Assembly: GCA_031414955.1 (NCBI GenBank)
Contig: JANOQV010000138.1
Coordinates: 1-17,730 of the forward strand
DNA length: 17,730 nt
Direction: 5' to 3'
Source: Pedosphaera sp.
GTDB lineage: Bacteria; Verrucomicrobiota; Verrucomicrobiia; Limisphaerales; SIBH01
Under the pieces are notes generated by a model that did not search any database, was not told the DNA's origin, and saw only the letters and a list, made by a program, of their open reading frames with translations. Positions within the stretch are counted from its first letter, which is position 1. Each line of letters begins with the position of its first letter. Position numbers and translations under genes: made by a program. Below are positions 1 through 7,657 of the stretch, piece by piece.

Positions 1-347
1 GAGATCCTGTTCGGTAAAAGTCGGTGCGACTGGAGCCACGCCCCAGAGGAAAACAGAAGGCGGACGATCGTACCAGTGACAACCGTGTGACAACGAGATC
101 GCGAACGGGTGACGCGACCTCCCGCCCAGCGATGCCGAACACTATTGGCAGGTGGCCTGTGTTACCCCTGGCGAACAGGGACGGACGCGCACGCCCCACG
201 TTCGAGGTCTTCCGGTTTGGGGCCAAACCCAAAGGCCAGGCGATGGATGGGCGGGGGCAAGGGCAAATCCGTTCAACTCGTTCCGACAATTTCGTGGGAA
301 CATTTTTCTTCCCTCCTCACGGGCCGGCGGCTATCACCCGCACCACC

Positions 348-2219
348 ATGAAAGCCCTCGTTACGTTCTTCATTCTGTCATTCAGTGTCGCGGCACACGC
401 TGAAAACACCGCGTTCACCTTCTCCGGCCAGGTGCCGACTGGAGCGGGCGTCATTACTGGCCGCCGCGACTTCATTTTTGCGCTTTACGACAGCCAGATC
501 GGGGGCGCGCGCGTCGCCGGGCCGGTGACAAATCTGGGAGTGACCATCACACGGCGGGCCTTCACGACACGCCTCGATTTTGGAACCAACGGCATCGCAA
601 TGGGCGGTCGCTGGGTGGAGGTCGCCATGCGTTCGGCGAGGAACAGCAATGTCGTCACGGTATTTTCGAGTCGGCAGCCACTAAGCGTCGTGCCATTGGC
701 TCTGTATGCGCTGACACCAGCGGGGGCGAAGGGCGACAAGGGAGATAAAGGCGATCAAGGCGACACGGGCGCTACTGGAATTCAGGGTCCAGTTGGGCCG
801 CAAGGCTCACAAGGCGTCCAAGGCATCCAAGGCGCGACCGGCCAGACGGGCGCACAAGGTCTGCAAGGGCTTCAAGGCGTGCCTGGGGCGGTAGGACCGG
901 CGGGAGCGCCTGCCGTGGTCTGGCAAGTATTAAGCAGCTCGAACACTCTCGCCGGATCGATGCTCCCTAATCACGGCTATATTCTCAGCACCGAGGACGA
1001 GGTGACATTGCCACTACCGCCATTGGCTGCACCGGGGGACATCGTTCGCGTCACCGGCGGAGAAGGCACTTGGAGGATCACACCATCGGCGGGCCAGCGG
1101 ATTATCACGGCGAATCTTCCGGCGGCCAGCGCGCATGGTTTTCACGACTACGATCTTGGTGGTCCTCAAGTCTTCTGGAGCGCAGTCCCCATGACGAAGG
1201 AAGGGGGCGTTATTTTGGCCGCTCCGTTACGCTACAACGGTTCTGAGACTCCGACTCCATGTCTGGTGTCCACCAATGGAGGGGTGAACTGGAATTCTCG
1301 AACCCTAGCAGCGGCAGTTGGTGCCGCTTGCTCCGCATCGGGCGACTTGTTCGCGATGCTCAACACGTCCGGCGGTGTGTTGCTCTCTCAAGATAATGGA
1401 GTCACTTGGAGCAATGCAGGTCCGGCTGGCACGGTGAACCAGACCGCCATCGCGATGTCTGCGGACGGTTCCCGCATCATTTATACGATTGCACGAACGT
1501 CCATCGTGAGGTCCAGCGATAGGGGAATGACATGGCAGACGAGTCCTGTCACTGGGGACTTTCTCGGACTGGCTGTCTCGTCTGATGGCTTGAAGCAAAT
1601 TGCAGTTGGCTATCCCACACCGGGCAACGGCGGAGGGGGACTCCTTGCCGTCTCCGTCGATGGCGGAGACACTTGGATTGTGACCAACACTCCAACGGCG
1701 TGGACAGGAGTGGCGTGTTCTTCAAACGCTTCAAGAGTTTTCCTTGGAAGCGGCATCAACGGCTCCACAACTGCTGGCCTTTATACTGCTGAAGTGTCAG
1801 GCGACAGCGCGTCACAGATAATCGCAGCCATTCAATCAGCCCCGGCGAGATTATCATCGTCGCTACGATACGTGTTTGCCTGCTCAGGCAATGGCTCTGT
1901 GGTCGCAGCCGCGCCCCTCGATGGCATCAATGGCGCGAGCATCGGGAGCGGGCAATTTCTGGTTTCGACGGATTCCGGGCGCACTTGGGTACCGCGAGTC
2001 TCAGCACCGCAAGCTGCTTTCTACAGTGCCGTGTCGGTTTCCGCAGATGGCAACAGGGTGGCCGCAGCACAAATATATTCCACGATTCAGGTGGTTGATT
2101 TAATCACGTCCGAGGGCGGGATGCTCTACGGCGGGCAATTCAGTTGTGTCGAGTTGCAGTACGTCGGGAACAACCGATTCGTCGTCCTGAACTCAACGGG
2201 TTCAGTCGGCGTCCGTTAG
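348..2219 (+). CDS. Secreted collagen-like/tail-fibre-like protein with BNR (Asp-box) beta-propeller
   Basis: ATG at 348, inside ORF 24..2219, begins a signal peptide (MKALVTFFILSFSVAAHA|E). It is followed by an N-terminal 'TAFTFSG...DFIFALYD...LDFG...RWVEVAMR...RQPLSVVPLALYA' domain typical of PVC-group tail-fibre-like secreted proteins, 21 Gly-X-Y triplets, and five Asp-box motifs (STNGGVNW, SQDNGVTW, SSDRGMTW, SVDGGDTW, STDSGRTW). Confidence 0.85.
   Translation: MKALVTFFILSFSVAAHAENTAFTFSGQVPTGAGVITGRRDFIFALYDSQIGGARVAGPVTNLGVTITRRAFTTRLDFGTNGIAMGGRWVEVAMRSARNSNVVTVFSSRQPLSVVPLALYALTPAGAKGDKGDKGDQGDTGATGIQGPVGPQGSQGVQGIQGATGQTGAQGLQGLQGVPGAVGPAGAPAVVWQVLSSSNTLAGSMLPNHGYILSTEDEVTLPLPPLAAPGDIVRVTGGEGTWRITPSAGQRIITANLPAASAHGFHDYDLGGPQVFWSAVPMTKEGGVILAAPLRYNGSETPTPCLVSTNGGVNWNSRTLAAAVGAACSASGDLFAMLNTSGGVLLSQDNGVTWSNAGPAGTVNQTAIAMSADGSRIIYTIARTSIVRSSDRGMTWQTSPVTGDFLGLAVSSDGLKQIAVGYPTPGNGGGGLLAVSVDGGDTWIVTNTPTAWTGVACSSNASRVFLGSGINGSTTAGLYTAEVSGDSASQIIAAIQSAPARLSSSLRYVFACSGNGSVVAAAPLDGINGASIGSGQFLVSTDSGRTWVPRVSAPQAAFYSAVSVSADGNRVAAAQIYSTIQVVDLITSEGGMLYGGQFSCVELQYVGNNRFVVLNSTGSVGVR
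723..911 (+). repeat. Collagen-like (Gly-X-Y)21 coding repeat
   Basis: GAK GDK GDK GDQ GDT GAT GIQ GPV GPQ GSQ GVQ GIQ GAT GQT GAQ GLQ GLQ GVP GAV GPA GAP read directly from the translation. Confidence 0.95.
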
Positions 2220-2235
2220 AAAACGAATCCAACAT

Positions 2236-2976
2236 TTAGAACACAGGCGGCTTCGCCATCTCAGAGGGTTCAACTCGGTTCAGCAAGTCTGGCGCGTATT
2301 TGTCCACCAACGATTTAACGGCATCAACATAGCCGGTGTCAGCTTCTGGATGGATGCGAATAGTTTCCACGAATGCGCTCAAATCCCGAAGCGGGATTTG
2401 CAAACAGCGACGCGGGGCTAACAGTTTTCCCGTCTGGTCACGAACGTCGGTACAGAAAAAGATGCTTGCGACGAACCGCGCTTCTTGTTCGTACGCGAAG
2501 GCTTTCCGCTTTCGAAAGAATGGAACAAGAGTGTTTTGCGGGATGAGTTCGTCCCTACCATAATCAACCAATCCCAACTCGTTCGCCAACTTCGGATTCA
2601 GAAGTTCAGCGAGCCTGCCATACCTCGAACAGATGGCTACGCCCTGTTTCGGCCCACAGAAGATCCGCCAAAGCGCATGGGATTCATGGTCACGATGTGA
2701 CCAGCAACTGATAAATGTCCACTCCCGCTGCCTGCAACGAAAGTCCGCAAAAGATTCCGAGTTTTTGGGGTCTCTTTGAATCTCCCAATCCTTCTGAGCA
2801 AGCGGCGTAGCCCCTTCATGTGCATCTTCAAAGGTGTCTGCCCGTGAGAGGTAAAGTTTCCGCTTGTCCAGCAAGTAGATCAGTTTAGGGAGGTCCATGT
2901 AGCGCCAGATCTTGTCACGGAGATCATCTGGCTGGCGGATGATTTGCGAATCATTCAATGCGGTGTCAGTCCCCAT
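2236..2976 (-). CDS. DUF2971-like domain protein (function unknown)
   Basis: Motifs IWRYMD..K...LL....LYLSRAD.FED..EG, FISCW....ES.ALWRIF......GVAI.S and FF.KRKAF.YEQE.R match this family as I recognise it. The ATG at 2976 is preceded by purine-rich GAGGAAGGA (the ORF track start is 3027). Locally lower GC (32/60 in 2461-2520). Confidence 0.7.
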   Translation of the reverse strand: MGTDTALNDSQIIRQPDDLRDKIWRYMDLPKLIYLLDKRKLYLSRADTFEDAHEGATPLAQKDWEIQRDPKNSESFADFRCRQREWTFISCWSHRDHESHALWRIFCGPKQGVAICSRYGRLAELLNPKLANELGLVDYGRDELIPQNTLVPFFRKRKAFAYEQEARFVASIFFCTDVRDQTGKLLAPRRCLQIPLRDLSAFVETIRIHPEADTGYVDAVKSLVDKYAPDLLNRVEPSEMAKPPVF

Positions 2977-3042
2977 ACTCGAGAATTCCTTCCTCGGGAG
3001 GTGAACGAAAGGAAAGAGGTTGGTCAATAGTATTGGCAGAAA

Positions 3043-3594
3043 GTGGTCATCAGCGCGGTGTCGGGGACGAACAACCCGCGCCTGTTCACCGTCACCCAGC
3101 CGGGTCCGACGGTGGCGGCGTTGTTCGCGGCGGGTCCGGCGGGTTGGCAGGTGATTACGAATCAGCCGTCGAATCGCGTGGTGTCGGCGGGCGGGAGTTT
3201 CACCTTGAGCGTGGGCGCGGGCGGCACCGGGCCGTTGCTGTATCGATGGCGGCGGAATAGCGCGGCCCTCGCGGGGGCGACGAACGCCGCGCTGGACATC
3301 AGCGGCGCGTCGGGTGCGCAGGCGGGCGGGTATGACGTGGTGGTGACGGGGCCGGGCGGAACAGTAGTGACCGAGCGGGCGTGGGTGCTGGTGACGGCGT
3401 TCGACGTGCGGCCAGTGGTGTCGTTGCTGGGCGCGGCGGGCACGGGCTTCCGGGTGGATTACACGGCCGACCTGGACGGCGGGCCGTGGCTGTGGCTGAC
3501 GAACGGCGTGCTGTCGGCGGAGCGGCAGGAGGTGATTGATTTCACGAGCACGAACCGGGCGCGGCGGTTTTATCGGACGGTGGTGGAGCCGTAG
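3043..3594 (+). pseudogene. 5'-truncated remnant of a secreted Ig (I-set-like) domain protein with verrucomicrobial C-terminal RFYR domain
   Basis: Contains one Ig repeat (ITNQPSN..V..G.SFTLSV...G..PL.Y.W.RN...L.GATNA.L.I.......AG.YDVVVT) and a C-terminal domain ending TNRARRFYRTVVEP. There is no signal peptide, an in-frame TAG sits at 3028-3030, and GC rises abruptly (44/60 in 3061-3120). Confidence 0.65.
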
Positions 3595-3610
3595 TCACCT
3601 GCCGAGTCGG

Positions 3611-3710
3611 GATGGCCAGCGTGGGAGGGCCGTTCCAGTCAGGCCACGGCCCGGTCGAACGGGCGGGCGTGCTGAATTTCGTCGGGCGCGCACGGGTGAA
3701 TCTGCCCGGC
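3611..3710. repeat. 100-bp direct repeat, copy 1 (downstream of vapC)
   Basis: Ungapped alignment to 4581..4680 gives 93/100 identity, including two 30-bp identical blocks (3611-3640 and 3651-3680). Confidence 0.95.
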
Positions 3711-3742
3711 AGAAACTTTGGTCGAGGCGTTCGTCGCCAGCC

Positions 3743-4147
3743 TCACTTCCAGGGATTGACCACCTTGCATCCGGCACGCTCGAACGGTTCCGTGTCGCGA
3801 GTCACCACACGATAGCCACGCGAGCGCGCGATGGCGGCAATCAACGAGTCGCGCAAGGGCAGCGGCGATTTCGTGCGCCCGGTGATTTCTCCCCAGATGG
3901 CCGCCGCACGGGCGTCGAAATTCAGCACGCGATACCGGCGCGGGAGCGCGACGGCGAAGGCTTTGATGCGCTCGTAATCGGGGTGCTTTGCTTCCAGCGC
4001 GTGGAAGCCCTGCCAGACTTCCGCCAGAGTAATCGTGGTGAGGAAAAGGTGCGCTGGATCTTGGGCGGAGTGCCAGTCCACGAGGCCGGCATTGGGCCGG
4101 GGCTTGCGCGTCTCGCTGACGGCGTTCGTGTCCAGCACGAAGTTCAC
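3743..4147 (-). CDS. vapC: Type II TA system PIN-domain ribonuclease toxin (VapC family)
   Basis: 134 aa with the PIN acidic motifs FVLDTNAVSE, ITLAEV, RDSLIAAIA and VVTRD, and a VVNPW C-terminus. Its GTG start overlaps the upstream gene's TGA (GTGA, 4144-4147). Confidence 0.92.
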   Translation of the reverse strand: MNFVLDTNAVSETRKPRPNAGLVDWHSAQDPAHLFLTTITLAEVWQGFHALEAKHPDYERIKAFAVALPRRYRVLNFDARAAAIWGEITGRTKSPLPLRDSLIAAIARSRGYRVVTRDTEPFERAGCKVVNPWK

Positions 4148-4482
4148 AAGGACACGCGCCGCACCAGATCGTCAGGCATGCGCGGCGGTTCCCAGTCGGT
4201 CGTCCCGCGAATGGAATCGTACCACGCCATCAAGCTGCGCATGGACCGGCGGGCCTGGCGTTTGCGGGGCGTGGCCGGGGAAGAACGGCGGACGCGACGG
4301 GTGGCGGACTCGTGTTTCACCAGCTTGCGGGCGTCCTCCGCCGGGATGCCTTCGCGGCGGCGGGCCTGTTCGCGGGCGGTCTTGATTCCGGCCAGCAGTT
4401 CAATTTCGCGCGCGATCTCCGCCAGCGGCATGTCTTCCGGGAGCCGGGTGACGAGATTGATGACTGTTTCTCTGCTGCTCAT
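4144..4482 (-). CDS. Putative antitoxin, apparently chimeric (ParD/addiction-module-like N-half plus VapB-like tail)
   Basis: Small gene directly upstream of vapC and coupled to it. The first 55 aa (V..LV..LPED..L.EI...IELLAGI......R.EGIP.E.ARKLV) resemble antitoxins usually paired with ParE/RelE toxins. The C-terminus (SL..WY..IRG..DWEPPR......R.VSL) resembles VapB/Phd tails. Confidence 0.7.
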   Translation of the reverse strand: MSSRETVINLVTRLPEDMPLAEIAREIELLAGIKTAREQARRREGIPAEDARKLVKHESATRRVRRSSPATPRKRQARRSMRSLMAWYDSIRGTTDWEPPRMPDDLVRRVSL

Positions 4483-4516
4483 GGCGGGATTATCACTCGT
4501 GGTTGGGAAAAGACAA
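4483..4516 (-). promoter_or_regulatory. Putative sigma70-type promoter for a leaderless TA transcript
   Basis: Minus strand reads TTGTCT (4516-4511), 16 nt, GATAAT (4494-4489), 6 nt, ATG (4482). Confidence 0.5.
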
Positions 4517-4580
4517 TTTGGAAAAACGCCTATGACTCATTGAACGCGCGGTTGCGAAACCTCCGGTGCCTCCAAGCCGA

Positions 4581-4680
4581 GATGGCCAGCGTGGGAGGGC
4601 CGTTCCAGTCAGGACACAGCCCGGTCGAACGGGCGGGCGTGCTGAATTTCGCCGGGCGCGCGCGGGCGGATCTGGCCGGC
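4581..4680. repeat. 100-bp direct repeat, copy 2 (upstream of the TA operon)
   Basis: 93/100 identical to 3611..3710 at an offset of 970 bp. Confidence 0.95.
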
Positions 4681-4807
4681 TGGTTTGCGTCGCGGCTACT
4701 CGGCCGAGCGCCGCCATTCTCATCCCCCTTCCACTGCCGCGCTCAAGAAAAAATATGGCGGCGGTCCGCTGGCGCGCGAGTTGGAATTCTGACCGTCCAG
4801 GGGACGA

Positions 4808-5089
4808 CTACTTCCCGCCCTGGCGGACCTTTTCCTTCTTCTCCTCCAACTCGGCGCTGATCGTCTTTCGTTCGCTCACGAGTTGCTTCTCTATGTGCGC
4901 GTAAGCCTCGTAGTCACCCTTGCCCGCCACCGTGGCCAGTTCGCCTTTGAGAAAGAGTTCGCGCTCGGCCATCTTCGCCGCGTAGCGCGAGTCCAACTCC
5001 GCCAGTTCCTTCTTCTGCGCGGTGGTGGTTTTCACCACCGGCCCCGACTTGTTCAGCCGTTCCATGGCTAGTTCAAATGAACTTTTCAT
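4808..5089 (-). CDS. Small helical/coiled-coil hypothetical protein
   Basis: MKSSFELAMERL... Lys/Glu-rich, 93 aa, protein-like composition, ATG at 5089, co-oriented downstream of the TPR gene. Confidence 0.8.
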   Translation of the reverse strand: MKSSFELAMERLNKSGPVVKTTTAQKKELAELDSRYAAKMAERELFLKGELATVAGKGDYEAYAHIEKQLVSERKTISAELEEKKEKVRQGGK

Positions 5090-5135
5090 AATCAAAAACT
5101 TTGCTGCGTCCGCTCGAAATCCTGCCCTGCCCCGG

Positions 5136-5582
5136 CTAATGCGCCGGCGGCTTCTTCTTCCACGGCATGTCCGGAAACTGGGCCGGCGGCTTCATCGCCG
5201 GAGCCTGGGGCTGCGCCATCTTCATCTCGTTCTCAATCTCAGCCGGGGTCGCGTCCGGTTTTGCCATATTGCCGCGCCACGAGGCGATGCGGGCCTGCAA
5301 GCCGTGGTGCTCGGCGGTCTTCTTGTCGCCCGACTTCATGTAGAAGAGCGAGAGGTTGGTGTGAACGAGCTGCTCGTTCGGGTTGAGCTTCTCGGCCTTG
5401 TGCCCCTCCTCAATGGCGCGGGCGAAATCGCCCTTTCGATAATGGCACATGGCGACGGAAAGCTGCGCGTCGAAGTGCTCGGGATGCACGGCGAGGATTT
5501 GCTGGAACTTGGCCAGGGCGGAATCGTAGTCGCCCGTCGTGTAATCGAACGTGGCGTCGTCGTATTGATCCTGCATTTCCAT
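5136..5582 (-). CDS. Tetratricopeptide repeat (TPR) protein
   Basis: TPR-like helix pairs (GDYDSALAKFQQILAVHPEHFDAQLSVAMCHYRKGDFARAIEEGHKAEKLNPNEQLVHTNLSLFYMKSG). ATG at 5582 lies 7 nt downstream of a TAGGCT hexamer. Confidence 0.85.
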   Translation of the reverse strand: MEMQDQYDDATFDYTTGDYDSALAKFQQILAVHPEHFDAQLSVAMCHYRKGDFARAIEEGHKAEKLNPNEQLVHTNLSLFYMKSGDKKTAEHHGLQARIASWRGNMAKPDATPAEIENEMKMAQPQAPAMKPPAQFPDMPWKKKPPAH

Positions 5583-5686
5583 CGGCCCCAGCCTACGGAA
5601 CAAACCGAGACGTGGGAAGCAGGGTGTTCCGCCCGTGCGAGTGGGCAGCCCAAGGCCCCAACAAAACGAAAGCAGCCCGCCCAGCT

Positions 5687-6601
5687 TCAGCGCAACGGGC
5701 GGCGAGCGAATATTCCGGTGGCGTCACTGGCCGGGAACTCGGAGGAGAGGCGTCCGCCCACCTCGTGCGCGCTCCAGAAGGCGAGGATTTCCTCCCAATA
5801 CGCCGTGCCCTGGAGGTGGACCTCCTTGTGGACGGCCAGCGGAGCCATCCAAAAACGCTTCGGCCCGTGATAGCCATCGAACAACCGGCGGCCAAATTTT
5901 GCCGGCACCACCTGATCCCTGCCCCCCACGATAATTGCCAGCGGGCCGTGATAGCGGCGGAGGTATTTTTCCGATTCAAAGCGATCCCCCATGAGCCAGC
6001 TCGCGGGCAGGATTTTGAGGTGGTGTTGCGCCACGTCCACGAGCGAGTTGAAGGGCGCGAACATTACCACTCCGAAGACTTCTGGATGGTCGCCCGCGAG
6101 GCGGGCCGCCACGCTGGTGCCGAGGGATTCGCCGACCAGATAAACCGGCGCAGCCTTGGGTAAGGCCTGGAAAGCCTCCTCCGCCGCGGCAAACATCGCC
6201 CCCTCGCTGGGCGCACCCGGACGGTCGCCGAAGCCGGGATACTCGAGAATGAAAACGTCCATCCCGGCAGATTCGCGGAGCGGGTTCGCAAAATCGAAAC
6301 GCTGCACGGCGCAGCAGCCATTCCCGTGCGTGATGAGGGCCGTGCCCAGGGGCGGTTGCGTGCGCGCGGGTTTCCTCCAGCCGATGTTCCGTCCGTCTGG
6401 ACTGACCCAGCGCATCAATCCTTTCGACTTCGCGAACTGCTCCAGTTCATCGGACGGTGCGACCTTGGGGTAGTACATCATCTTCCGCTGAAAGGCGGTG
6501 CAGCCCAGGCCAGAGGTCAGGCCGAGCAGGATCAAAGTGTGAAATACGCTTTGGACGAGACCCCAGGCGGTCGGGCGCGTGCGATGCTTGAGTTGCTCCA
6601 C
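5687..6601 (-). CDS. Alpha/beta-fold hydrolase (ABHD13/BEM46-like) with N-terminal hydrophobic anchor
   Basis: HGNG oxyanion region, EYPGFG, nucleophile elbow GESLG, G.RD.VVP acid residue, and a C-terminal His candidate. N-terminal hydrophobic segment followed by QRKMMYYP. Confidence 0.88.
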   Translation of the reverse strand: MEQLKHRTRPTAWGLVQSVFHTLILLGLTSGLGCTAFQRKMMYYPKVAPSDELEQFAKSKGLMRWVSPDGRNIGWRKPARTQPPLGTALITHGNGCCAVQRFDFANPLRESAGMDVFILEYPGFGDRPGAPSEGAMFAAAEEAFQALPKAAPVYLVGESLGTSVAARLAGDHPEVFGVVMFAPFNSLVDVAQHHLKILPASWLMGDRFESEKYLRRYHGPLAIIVGGRDQVVPAKFGRRLFDGYHGPKRFWMAPLAVHKEVHLQGTAYWEEILAFWSAHEVGGRLSSEFPASDATGIFARRPLR

Positions 6602-6831
6602 AAAAGTTCCTGCCGATAGGAGTCATGCTGCCAGCTTTGCCGGACGGCTGTCACGAATTGCTTTGCGCTCGGACCACGGCCGGCGGCAGCTCGGCCCGGT
6701 CCTTACTTGACCGGCGCCGGGAGTGGCAGGTCGTCTCGCTGCGGCCACGGTGTTGGGCGTGATGCGCGCGAACTGGGTCGGCCGGTGCCAACAGGCTCGC
6801 ACTCGCGGCCGCTCTTCCCTACCCTCGCTCC

Positions 6832-7572
6832 TTGCAAAACAGTTTGCCCAACCACTACGCCATGCTCGGGCTTGATCCTCGCTGTTCAGCGGAGCAAATC
6901 CGTGCCGCCTACCGTGTGCTGGCCAAAAAGTTTCACCCGGACGTGAATCACGGCTCCGCTCAGGCCCACGACCGCACGCAGGAACTCAACGCCGCTTATG
7001 AAACTCTGAGCGACCCCGACCTGCGCCGCGCCTACGACGAATCACTGGCCGCCAGACCAGTCCGCACCTCCAGCCGGGGTGCGCAAAAATCGCCGCCGAA
7101 TATTTCCCAGGACATCCACCTGCGGTTGGAGGAATTCTTTCGCGGCACCACCCTCGAGGTGCGGGTGAACGATCCGGGCAATCCCGCCGGCCCAGAAACT
7201 TATCCGCTCGAAGTCCCGCCCTTAACCGCGCCCGGCACTCGCTTCCGCATTCGGCGCGAAGGTGCCTCCAGGGGCGGACAGGTGCTCGTGCGCGTCCGCG
7301 CCCGCCCGGACTATCGTTTCAAAATTCGCGGTGCGGACTTGCGCTGCGACTTGCGCATCACCAGTCAGCGCGCCATGCAGGGCGGTCGGGAGACGGTCCT
7401 TGGACCGACGGGCAACCGCCTCCAGGTTCAAATCCTCCGGGGCGTGGCCTGCGGGGAAGTCCTCCGCCTCGAGGGCGAGGGACTGCCCAAGTCGCGCGGT
7501 GGACGTGGCGATCTGCTGGTGCGCCTCATCTACCGCGTCGAGGTGCGCATCACGCGCGCCCCAAGCCGGTGA
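6832..7572 (+). CDS. DnaJ-class molecular chaperone (J domain plus DnaJ C-terminal domain, no zinc finger; CbpA-like)
   Basis: NHYAMLGL...[17 protein letters not shown]...[18 protein letters not shown]-domain with HPD motif, C-terminal LRLEGEGLP....GRGDLLV, and no CxxCxGxG repeats. Confidence 0.9.
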   Translation: MQNSLPNHYAMLGLDPRCSAEQIRAAYRVLAKKFHPDVNHGSAQAHDRTQELNAAYETLSDPDLRRAYDESLAARPVRTSSRGAQKSPPNISQDIHLRLEEFFRGTTLEVRVNDPGNPAGPETYPLEVPPLTAPGTRFRIRREGASRGGQVLVRVRARPDYRFKIRGADLRCDLRITSQRAMQGGRETVLGPTGNRLQVQILRGVACGEVLRLEGEGLPKSRGGRGDLLVRLIYRVEVRITRAPSR

Positions 7573-7657
7573 GGAAAGACAAGCGGGGCATGATTCTGGA
7601 ATCTGGATCGCGCGCGACTTGCTTGCGCATCGGTGGAAAATGCTTAGGCTGCGAACC

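Noticed and set aside
24..347. 108-aa N-terminal extension of the first ORF
   Set aside because: Low-information sequence preceding a clear signal peptide at ATG 348, so it is treated as non-coding.
143..3039. 9-bp direct repeat TATTGGCAG at 143-151 and 3031-3039 as a target-site duplication of the lower-GC block
   Set aside because: The position is suggestive, but 9-mer matches are expected by chance over 3 kb. Joining the flanks does not restore a long ORF (in-frame TGA at 110-112), and there are no terminal inverted repeats or transposase.
3536..4543. 335-aa + strand ORF spanning the TA locus
   Set aside because: Arg-rich, has no domain signature, and overlaps well-supported vapC and antitoxin genes on the opposite strand.
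3611..4680. Direct repeats as a CRISPR array or integron attC sites
   Set aside because: There are only two 100-bp copies 970 bp apart, no cas or intI gene, and no RYYYAAC...GTTRRRY core arrangement.
5022..5870. 282-aa + strand ORF
   Set aside because: Antisense to the TPR gene and hydrolase end, with no recognisable motifs.
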